From Dicyema japonicum (lineage: Eukaryota > Animalia > Dicyemida): 33,000 bases of DNA. Numbering within the stretch: position 1 is the first letter of the stretch; each line of letters begins with the position of its first letter. Made by a program: the position numbers and the translations under genes. The notes under the pieces are model-generated. The model was not told where the DNA came from, searched no databases, and saw only the letters and a program-made list of their open reading frames with translations. This document shows positions 23,620-33,000 of this stretch, piece after piece. The DNA lies in NCBI GenBank assembly GCA_011109175.1, contig RDEW01000034.1:393556-426555 (forward strand). The letters run 5' to 3'.

Positions 23620-24290
23620 CATCAAGATCTCCGCCAAGGAGAAAAGGGCATACAGAGTGACGGAAGAATGGTTTTTCCAAATTAAATGCCTAGCACAGAC
23701 GCTGTAATGCGGATAAACGACAGTTCTCTGTCCAGTACGTGTTCGCGTGGGTTCAAAAGAGATTACCACTTTTTGATTTTATTTGCAGAGAGATCACTTT
23801 CTCAGCCATCCTCTTTTTTACATAGATTGCTTTTTTCTTTCCACTACGTGATGCTTTGCAGAATTATCTCGTCATACTAAAATTCCCACCTAACAAAATA
23901 GAGTCTCCGTGACAAATTCTTTACATCTACGTTTGGTAAAACCAGATAGATACAAGGTAATGGTGTCAGGGGTCTGAAGAACAAGCCCGCGTTAACAAAC
24001 CATAACAATAATTGTTCTGAAATTGCACTTTCCTAAGAGTCATATCAGCTATCGCTCCCCTTAGGCAGAACACACACTTTATTTAAGCAAAGAACAGTTA
24101 TCATAGCTAATCGATGATGGAGAATCAATAAATGCTCTTCACTTTTTCTTGGTGGAAGCCCTTCATAGACGATCCGGTTCCGCAGTGAAATGTTTACTAA
24201 TGACGGCATCACTCGACAAACCAGACCACATTGAAGCGTGGAACATTCAACCGAAGGTACAGCATCGAGATCGAACTAGCCGACCTTAAG
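23620..24290 (-). mobile_element. Highly degenerate probable CRE-like RT fragment
   Basis: Weak remnants only (FNVVWF, LCLNKSVC, ILLGG, LGG), in an order that parallels 31700-32250. Confidence 0.3.
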
Positions 24291-24351
24291 GCTTCTTCCC
24301 GGCAACCTTCACGGTGCCACCCGATAAAATCACTTAATAAAATTAACAAAA

Positions 24352-24480
24352 ATGGACTGTTTGATGAATGAGTTGATATCAGAAAAGCAATTGATTATGT
24401 GGATCATAATATTCTAAGGGAGGTAAAGAATTCATAATTAGATTGCTATTATAAGATCTTTTATTTAACGTTGGAAGACA
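24352..24480 (+). mobile_element. CR1/Jockey-like RT fragment
   Basis: VDIRKAIDYVDHNIL resembles LD..KAFD.VDH.IL. Confidence 0.5.
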
Positions 24481-25399
24481 AACTTAACTTAAATAAAAAA
24501 AGTTACATTAGTTTTTTAAAAGTTATTCGGCTGAGAGCAGTCTTTCACTAATGGTTTTTGAGTTCTTTTTAAAAATACCCAAAATTTCAATCTAAATGAA
24601 ATCAATCGATATCATCATTTTCGACTAATTTTCTTTTTTTATACGATCTGAGGCATGATGTGCAAAGTGGGGAGGACGATCGAGCAACTCTGTACAGATA
24701 TGATCGCAAATAGCGTGGTACAATACACGCCCAGTTAACACGATCCACAAGATTAATCTCTTAGACCGTTTTTGGTGTTACGTTCCTGTTAACAATCGGA
24801 TTCATACTAATGGGACTGGAAGTAAATAACATAAGACAAAGATGAATTTAGATAACCATTCAATGCACGGAACTAATGTTTACCAAGAACCACTCACCTA
24901 TAGTATACTTAAAAATTATTAACTTGAAGATCTCTTCAAAAAAGTAGTAGTGAATTATTCTAACAAAATAAAGACATGCTCTTTCGTTAAACAAAACAGT
25001 TCAAAATATCAATTATGTTTTCTGAATTTCTTCCTAGATTCATGGATTCAATTTCTTTTCTCCACGCCTTAATGTCATCTTGAATATGTGTACGGATTAT
25101 CCAGAATTCATACTTTTTTGATTACGATATCCACAGTGGACAATATATCCTCGTTTTTCTCCTGATATCTTTGATTTCCTTTCTGTTCTGTAAGTTCTGT
25201 TATTTGTTCAAGCTGATTCTTAGGGTGTGCGATCACTTAGTTCTTCTACTTTCTTATTATTAGGCCCTTCAGAAAAGATCGTATTATTTATTTATTAATC
25301 CCAGGCTAGCAATCTTTGGTAAATAAAGCAAAAATAGTTACAACTAATTAATCTAAAAAGGAACCCAAGAGAGGACGTCTGCTTGTGTTTCACAAATCC

Positions 25400-25720
25400 A
25401 TTTTCCACTAGTCCATTACAGACTTCCGCTTCAGAAGAGAGGAGGAAAAGTAAGACGCCCTCTCATTTTTGTCGTACGTCCTACCGTTATGAACATCACT
25501 TCATTCTTGAACGAAAGGTAAGCTTTTGGAACACTTCCATAAGAAATTCAAAGAAACATGACCTTAATTGGCTTGTACGAGGTTCTCATTATGATAGTTT
25601 ATGTTGAGTTAGGAGATTCATAATTCTGTACTATGAAACTTTAACTGTTTCCATGAGTACATTACGAGGTTTATTCCGAAGACTGAAAAAGGTAAGGATC
25701 TGATCTTTTAAAGGTAGGCC
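25400..25720 (+). mobile_element. LINE ORF2 start (APE) remnant
   Basis: SFWNTSIRNSKKHDL...YDSLC and YEVYSED. The upstream ~70 bp recurs inverted at ~4570-4641. Confidence 0.45.
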
Positions 25721-26670
25721 CTTAAATATGAGAAAACCTGAAAAGAAAAAATGTAAAATTATTCAAATGACTAGCAACTCGAAGATTGTGACATTACCTC
25801 TAACCACGTGTCACTATTGAAGCCAGAGTTTGACCGCCTACTGTTTCATTACAACTATTAGCTAAAAAAAGCAATTGCAACATACACAAATGACATTATC
25901 TAGACAGGAACAGACTATTATCATTTTAAAATATTGTGAAATTTTAAATAAAAATTAAATCCTGGTTCTACTTTGAGACTGTGGAGTCTATTATAAAAAA
26001 GATCATATTTCACATATGATTCGTTCACTGAAATTAGGAACACTTCAATGATGAGTAGGGCGATTTTTGTCAATAAATTCAAAAATTTTAATGATTTATA
26101 TTTTTTGAAAAAAACGTTTGTTTGATTGACGAAACTGATATCCTGGGACAGAAGTATGTAAATACAGTTATTGGTTTAATTTCTGATCACGAGAATATAT
26201 TTTTAATATCTTGTCGTTAATTGTCTTCTGCGGATAACTCGTCGTTTGTCTGTCAGATAATTGACGATGTGCTAAGGGATTTTGCGATAGATCGGTATCG
26301 GATGTATATACATGTGGTAGTTGTCGCACAAGTATTGAAGGTTATATACACGAATTTGCATCATCAACATTTGTTTTTCATCTTCTTTATAAAATGAGAA
26401 GATATTTTAAGGATATGGATTTTTTAATTTCATAGATAAGGACAAACAGACATAAAACTTAATTCAATTATTTTTATTAATAAGACAAAAATCACCAGGT
26501 GAACTAATTAAAAGGAAAACGCCATCAGGTGATCCCGACTAAAACTTAATCCTATTAGCTACGCAGCACCGCATAGCGCCACGTGGAATATAAATAAATT
26601 ATAAAAGTATTCATTAGTTAAATTTATAGTATAGTTTAATATTTTATGAGAATTCGAATATAAAAATCGA

Positions 26671-27470
26671 TTAATCATTTTTCGCTAAAAAATAGTCCCC
26701 AATAGCGGCAATTCCTTCTCTTCAAACTTCCAATGGGGGTGTACGAGAAGATTATCGTCTAATATCGCAGGAATATAATAATTTATTCCGATTTTGTTCC
26801 ATCCTGCTTTTGATAGACAGGATATCTCATAGGGAAGTTTTTTAATGCGGATTTTTCCAAGCAATAATCATTTAAGTTCGAATAATCTGCCGATACTTTG
26901 TAGAACGTTAATTATTTTGTTGTTATATAAAAGTAAATATTGCAAATTAGTCATTTTTCCAACAGAATTGGGGACACACTGAATGCAATTGTTGCTTTAA
27001 TCAACAAATCGAACTCCCAATTGGGTAAGTGGTTGAGAAAAGTCAGTTAACTCGTTATTTGCTAAATGAACCGACGTCAGGTTTTTCAGAAGCACAAAGG
27101 TATTGAAGATTTTTGTGATTTGATTGCTGCTTAGATCAGCCGTTCCAGTGACCTCAAAAGGCCAGTCGTGTTTCGAAATCCTTTAAGTCATTGAAGTTCA
27201 AAGTAAGCTCTTTTAGTCAATGAAACTCGTGAATATTCGGATCCTATATCACTGCCTTCAAATTCATGCATGCTTGGTAAGTTGGGAGTAAATGCAGAAC
27301 CTGAGCAGCAAAATCAAGCAGTTCTCTTCCAGTAATAAATAATGAGCGTTTCTGAGAATTGTAGCGTCAAGTCTGATGCACTATTAGGCCAAACTATAAA
27401 TATTATCAAGAATGACAACAATTAATATTTGTAATATACTGTGAACAAAAGACAAAGCATGCAATTTCAT
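26671..27470 (-). pseudogene. Leucine-rich repeat protein pseudogene
   Basis: Minus-strand translation shows LRR units LKELTLNFNDL, DLSSNQITKI, LKNLTSVHLANNEL, VRFVD*SNNCIQCVPNSVGKMTNLQYLLLYNNKI and LK*LLLGKIRIKKLPYEISCL, plus a cap-like LDDNLLVHP/LEV*REGIAAIGDYF. Several stops and frameshifts; the 5' boundary is approximate. Confidence 0.8.
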
Positions 27471-27663
27471 ATGTAATGCTTTCATAATCATATGGCCACA
27501 AAAAATGATTTCACTATGTCAGACTTATATATATATATATTAATCGATAGCATTAAGTTTTCATGAAAAATATTTTATTTTAATATAATTTATTTTATTT
27601 TAAAATAATGTGTATAAATTAAATTTTTTAAATAAATATTTATTTTCTAGTTCTAGTAAATTA

Positions 27664-28747
27664 ATGAACAGACACGCAAAAGCCGGTTGTAAAGAGATTT
27701 CGAATCCACCAGACAAAATTACTCGACTCCAATTCAACCCTCAATATTCAAACATTCTAATGGTCTCCTCTTGGGACTCGTCTCTGCGGCTGTACGACGT
27801 TAACGCAAACAAAGAAACTTTCAAGCGTGACTTCCCTGTTCCTATACTGGACTGCTGCTACCAGGTAACTGCATATAGATTTTTCAGGACGGAAACACTG
27901 CTTGGGTATCCTGTCTTGATGGATCCGTCAGAAAAGTCGACCTTTATGAAAATTCAGGTATTTCTGACTAACATAGTCAAGAAATAATGTTTGAACAACT
28001 TCACTCTAAACCTGCCAGTCAGATCTGCTTTTCCGACGATTCCGGGGTAGTCATTTCCGCCAGTTGGGATCGATCCATGAAAATTTGGGATCCCAGGCTG
28101 GATGCTCCCATTCACGAGCTGTTACTTCCTGGAAAAGTATATTTTTTTCTTAACTAGGCATATTCGATGAGGACCAGCCAAAACAGACTGCTGGTTGCTT
28201 GTTCGGACCGTCACGTGGTTTTGTATGACGTTAGGAATCCATCTGTCCCTATTTTTAACAAGCAGTCCTCAGCTAACTCCAGTTCTCGTTGCGTAGGACT
28301 GTCTGTTGTGAACGCTGACGTTTATGCATTGGGGACAATCGAAGGGAGGATTCAGGTGGAGTTCCTCGACCGACCTGATGAATCAACACCCTCTCACTAT
28401 TCGTTCAGATGTCATAGAATAATTCAGGAGGACACCGAACTGATATACCCAGTCAACACGATAGTATTTCACCCTCAACACAACTACTTATTAGTTTCCG
28501 CTGGATCTGATGGAGTGGCCACCCTTTGGGACGTTAAACACAGAAGGAAGTTGCATGAATTAGGCAGGTTGATAAATTATCGTATTGTAGATTTCCTGTC
28601 GGGATATCCAGTCTGTCTTTTAGTGGAGACTCCAGTTTACTTGCTGTTGGATGTTGCTACCAGTATGAGTTTGGGAATATTCAGAATCCTCCACCAACTC
28701 ATATTTATGTGTGCAATTTTGTAGTTAAAAAATTAAAATTTAATTAG
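27664..28747 (+). CDS. BUB3: Mitotic checkpoint WD40 protein BUB3 (5 exons: 27664-27864, 27888-27957, 27982-28136, 28158-28567, 28591-28747; 330 aa)
   Basis: Manual splicing gives 201+70+155+410+157 = 993 nt, an open frame ending in TAG. The translation contains VSSWDSSLRLYDV, PILDCCYQDGNTAWVSCLDG, ISASWDRSMKIWDPR, GTIEGRIQVEF, YSFRCHR...IYPVNTIVFHP, SAGSDG..TLWD and FPVGISSLSFSGDSSLLAVGCCYQYE. These match BUB3 motifs better than the paralog RAE1. Confidence 0.92.
27865..27887 (+). other. BUB3 intron 1, 23 nt, phase 0
   Basis: gtaactgcatatagatttttcag; removal joins DCCYQ to DGNTAW in frame. Confidence 0.85.
27958..27981 (+). other. BUB3 intron 2, 24 nt, phase 1
   Basis: gtatttctgactaacatagtcaag, with a branch-point-like CTGACTAAC. 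Only the AAG acceptor at 27979-27981 restores the frame (ENS-E-IMFEQ). Confidence 0.8.
28137..28157 (+). other. BUB3 intron 3, 21 nt, phase 0
   Basis: gtatatttttttcttaactag; joins LPGK to AYSMRT and contains an in-frame TAG. Confidence 0.87.
28568..28590 (+). other. BUB3 intron 4, 23 nt, phase 2
   Basis: gttgataaattatcgtattgtag; removal restores the conserved last blade (LGR-FPVGISSLSFS). Confidence 0.85.
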
Positions 28748-29049
28748 TTTTTGTATTATTTACTTTTTTCACGGTTTAGCTAAATTGTTTGTTTATTTTG
28801 TAACATTGCTTTTATTACTTGGTTTAATTAAATTGTAGTTAGGGAGGAGCATCAGGCCAAACTGAGGCCTCTATTAGAGCGTACTGGGGTCACATGAACA
28901 GTTAATTTGGTGTTACTGTGGCTTCAGATTTTATTATTTTCATTTCATTGGTATTTAAGTTCTGTGCAGAAGCCTCCCCAACTAATATTGCCCCATTTAA
29001 CTTAATAAGGGCAAAGTTCTTGACTAATCATCGAGACACGTTCTGAGTA

Positions 29050-29480
29050 GGAAAATCCTTGATACAAATATTCCATCCCGTTTGAAAATATGGTTACTCA
29101 CTGTCTTCCTTCCGTTCTTTTACTATATCAACCTCTTTATCGATAGCTTCGTCATATCTCTGGGCAAGCTTACCAACGAATAAGAATAAGCTTCTTAGCC
29201 GACGATATCATATTTTCCTAACGCCATCGAGACATAACCTTTGCTTCCTTAGTCCTGCAAAAAAATATTGACAAAATTTCTTATTGGATAGAACAAATCT
29301 CTTATTCCCTTCTAGCAAAAAGTCATAAATAACGCTTTTCATCACCAAGGTTATGTTCGTTTTAATGGGACCTTTAAGAGTTAATGAAGTGGTTTTAGTA
29401 CTCTACGTGAAAATTTTCACAAACAATGAGGAATTTTTCATCTCAAGATGATGCTCTCTGTTCGACTTCGAGACGTATCT
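29050..29480 (+). mobile_element. Degenerate LINE RT fragment
   Basis: LADDI.IF followed by LQKNIDKISYWI. Confidence 0.45.
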
Positions 29481-29671
29481 CTATGGCACAAAATGTCTAC
29501 TTAGATTAATGATCGATGAAAACCTTTGTCCTTCTTATTTTGTGAGCATGAACGAGAAGACAGAATTGGGATACATCGAAAGCCAGAAGTTCTGAACAAA
29601 GGAGGTACCTGATGAACGTAGGACCTGGTTCGAATCTCGTCCAGCTCAAAATTGAATAAATTTAGATTTCT

Positions 29672-29746
29672 TGGGATTTCCTGTTTGTGTAGAAATAAGA
29701 AAAAAAAATAACCAGCGCTCATGGGATCTCCTGTTTGTGTAGAAAT
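29672..29746. repeat. 25-bp direct repeat pair
   Basis: tgggat[t/c]tcctgtttgtgtagaaat at 29672 and 29722. Confidence 0.85.
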
Positions 29747-29949
29747 CCGATTCCCTAGAGACTCAAAAATTCCAGTGTTGCAGACGTAAGGAACTGGACA
29801 TTTTAACAGTGAACAAACAAAAAATTCTCGTGTTGATGTATGTACTAGTAGTTTGAATTATCGGACTACAGATCAATTGTAATATAAGTCATTACATTTC
29901 AGTTTATTTTTTTCAAATAAAATATCTTTCATTGAAAAAAATTCACACA

Positions 29950-30215
29950 CCGGCCGCCAAGAGACAGAAGACACGTGCGAAGGTGAATGATAACGAAACC
30001 AACGCCGCTCACGAGGAACTCCAAGCCTTGACGAGGTTGCACTTCCAATCTTTTGGAGATCACCTCTGGTAACAGTCCGGTCCCTGAAGTCTTAAACACG
30101 ATTGGGACGATTCGGAAACGATTTATATTTTATCTGAAACATAAAAAATAGTACCACATCATGCTCAAGCTGCCAAGAAACAGTAGGCGTCATTCGCTAA
30201 CCCATCAGGTGTTAG
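29950..30215 (-). mobile_element. CRE-like RLE-domain 3' fragment
   Basis: RFRIVPIVFKTSG...KIGSATSSRLGVPRERRWFR resembles the CRE C-terminus (F.P.A.ET.G...GDPRE..W.RQ); a PDG motif lies upstream. Confidence 0.5.
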
Positions 30216-31381
30216 GGGGATCTAGGTTAATTTCGTAATTACTTATTTCGATGGATAAAAGCTCTTCTATTACTTCGACTTCACGAACTCGTCTACTTTC
30301 AAGCTTTTCATTCAGCTTTTTCCAATTCGGTTATGTTTTTTCGACATTTGTCGTGAATTTGGGAATTGGCCAATTTTGATTTGTACAAATCGACTTGTTG
30401 GAGTAATCAAAGACTAACCTTACACATATGCAAGTGCATTTTGTGTATGTTAAGAAGTTGGTCCTCCATAAGAAAGATATTGTCTTGTAAGACTTTCACC
30501 TCCAACACAAATAACTGAGTTTTTTTTCTAAATCAGAATGTTCTGGGTTTTCATTTTCAAATAAATTTTTGAACAAACAACTTAATTTGTCCATATAAAT
30601 CAGAGTATTCTGTTACATTTTCTGAAATTTTGTCTTTTATGGAGATTTGTGTATTTCCTCCTATTGTTTGTGGAGCCATTTTCAACTACGTCACCATGAA
30701 ATAAATAGAATGACTAAGGGCTGCAACATGTTGCCACTAAATTTTGCATATTTGTCAAGCATTCAGTTAACGAATTCATTAATGTTTGTAAGCATAAGTG
30801 TTATAATCAAAATAATTTTTTAAATTAAATTTATTAAAAACAGAATTTAAATTAAAATTTCAAAAAATAATTAAAATATGTTCTATTGCGGAAAATTTAA
30901 TATCCACTTCACTCGGATCTTCCTTAAAAATTTCTTCAAGGTCGAGTCGTGAGTAAATACAGATTATCATTAATTTGGTTATAACTAAGGCAACAAGAAA
31001 ATTGCAATTTTTATTTTAAAAATTGCAAATAAAAATTTTTTTTAATTGTAAATAATTGCAGTGTAGAAAAATTAACGAAATTATTTATTGTAATACGAAA
31101 TTAAATATTCCTAAACATTTTCAGGTTTAATGTTTCGATCTTTAGTAATAATTTTCGTAAAAAGGGAACAAAATCCGAGGGGATCTCCCTTTCAACTGAG
31201 GCTGAGCTACCGCGACAATTTCGAAGGTATGAGTAAATTTCTGGCGAAAGATTTTTATTTGAGTAATCAAGAATACTTAGTATCCCAGATTTTTTAAGCT
31301 TTTTTGATATATAAATTTTATATTGCTACTAAAATAGCCTCCAGACATTCTATTCCACTCGTCACAAAATTTTTACAACTT

Positions 31382-32745
31382 CCTCAAGTAGGCCTCGGTA
31401 TGCGCTTGGGATGCGATGCCGCTGTCCATTCAGTGAGGACATTATAAACCGCAGTATAGAAGATGCCCGGGGACATGTTCTGGTCAAACTGGACATCAAG
31501 AACGCATTCAATAGTTTAAGGAGGACAATATCCTGGAGGTGTGTTAAGAGATGCCCTAATATTTTCGAATTTGTGAATCAGTCATACAGCCTATCTTCAA
31601 CCTTACTTTTCGGGGACTACCTAATCCATTCGTATTCTGGATTGCAACAGGGAGATCCCCTTGGATTCTTATTGTTTTGTCTTGCAAAAGAGAAAATCAC
31701 CAAACTTCCGTGCTCGCCCTCAACCTATGGTATCTGGATGATGCGGTCCTCGGAGGACCCCGGATACTGTTTTTCGGAATTTGGAAGTGATATTTTCAGC
31801 ACTGTTGAAAGCAGGACTGGAATTAAATTACACGAAATGCGAAATCTACAATTGTGGACTTTCAGAAGAGAAGTATTCAAAAGCTTTGTCATGTTTCGGA
31901 AATTTACTCCCTGGAAGTATTTCTACACCCGATGAAGAACTTATATTCCTCGGATCCCCAATCACCATAAATGCAATGGGAAGAGCTATACGTGAAAAAC
32001 GACTGTTACTCGGAGAAACTCTTGACCGCTTGTGTCTACTTGACATGCATACAGCATTATTCCTCCTGAAAACAGTTCAACGTACAGAGGTTTGCACAAG
32101 TCCTGAGGACTGCTCCCTATTTCACCCTGTATGACCAACTCGCACAGATTAACGAGATTTTCCGTACTACAGCAGAATGTATCTTTCAACGTCCGGTTCG
32201 AGGATTACTCATGGAAGCAAGCCACGCTGCCAGTGAGACTCGGAGGACTTGGAATTCAAACCTCTGTGGACCTTTCTCTCCCTTCATAACTATCATCGCT
32301 AGTGGCCTGTAACTCATGTCATAAAGATTCTACACTCTTACTGAATTCTCTATTGACAAGGACGCCGGCCATGCTTGTGAGGTCTGGAGCTGAACTTATC
32401 AGCTTTCTCTACCTTCCTCGTACTCTCGGCGGGCTTGAACGATGCTATATGTTGGAATTCTTCCAAAGATTTGCTTGTCATCTAGCCAACATCGCCGTGC
32501 CTGATTGTTTTCGGGGGCGTCTTCCGAGAACGGTGCCTGGCTCAACGTCATTCCCAATGGAGTTCTGGGTACTTCCTGGATGATGAATGCATCCGTATTG
32601 GGATCTCATTGCGACTGGGATTAAAAGTCTGTGTTCCACATCCGTGCCTATGAGGGACAAGATCGACTGTTTTGGCCTCCACCCTCTCTTATGCAAAAAG
32701 AGTGCAGGCAGATTTTCCAGACACATGTTAACATATTATATGCGG
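31382..32745 (+). mobile_element. CRE-clade non-LTR retrotransposon remnant (RT plus downstream Zn-finger region), frameshifted and truncated at both ends
   Basis: Motifs across frames: PQVGLGMRLGCDAAVHSVR, LVKLDIKNAFNSLRR, SGLQQGDPLG.LLFCLA, LNLWYLDDAVLGG, GLELNYTKCEI, WKQATLPVRLGGLGI, GAWLNVIP and GLHPLLCKKSAGRFSRH. Confidence 0.85.
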
Positions 32746-33000
32746 CCATAATTGTAACTTAATCATGAAAAATATGTAGTACCGATCTTTAGCATATATT
32801 AGTTATTCTGAAGACTTGTCAAAATTAATGTGTCAATTTAATTTAGTTATGTGTTGAAAATTTATAACTGGAGACTTTCGTGATTCTAACAAATTTGATT
32901 CGTTATATTTTCTTCTAGGTATTTAAAATATATTTTGTTAGACGAAAATGTAAAGAATATGAATTTATTTCTCGATAATTTATTATTTTTTTGAAACATA

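Noticed and set aside
26057-26498. Possible TIR pair GGCGATTTTTGTC / GACAAAAATCACC (left motif also at ~7164)
   Set aside because: The right motif is better explained as part of the LINE 3'-end repeat. No TSD or convincing transposase is visible.
27610-27663. GTG start of the ORF-track call for BUB3
   Set aside because: The extension is AT-rich and non-homologous. The ATG at 27664 gives a normal BUB3 length.
1-33000. Alternative genetic code to explain the frequent stops
   Set aside because: BUB3 exons contain no in-frame TAA, TAG or TGA, and the disrupted regions show all three stops plus frameshifts, which indicates decay.

Overview
AT-rich eukaryotic DNA using the standard genetic code. 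I can reconstruct only one intact gene: a BUB3-like WD40 gene (27664-28747, +) whose five exons splice to a 330-aa protein across four ultrashort GT-AG introns of 23, 24, 21 and 23 nt. Immediately upstream and head-to-head lies a leucine-rich-repeat pseudogene. The rest is mostly decayed mobile elements: several CRE-clade non-LTR retrotransposon pieces, RTE-like and I/Jockey/CR1-like LINE fragments, two TA-flanked pogo/Tigger-type TIR elements, an integrase zinc-finger ORF and a possible Ty3/Gypsy remnant. A ~1.3-kb inverted duplication (~13058-14345 and ~18145-19418) brackets 3.8 kb, and a more diverged partial third copy lies near 280-560. I found no clear new multi-gene system. The most notable signals are the micro-intron architecture, the inverted duplication and the intron-bearing pseudogene remnants. 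All family assignments come from motif recognition by eye, not database searches.
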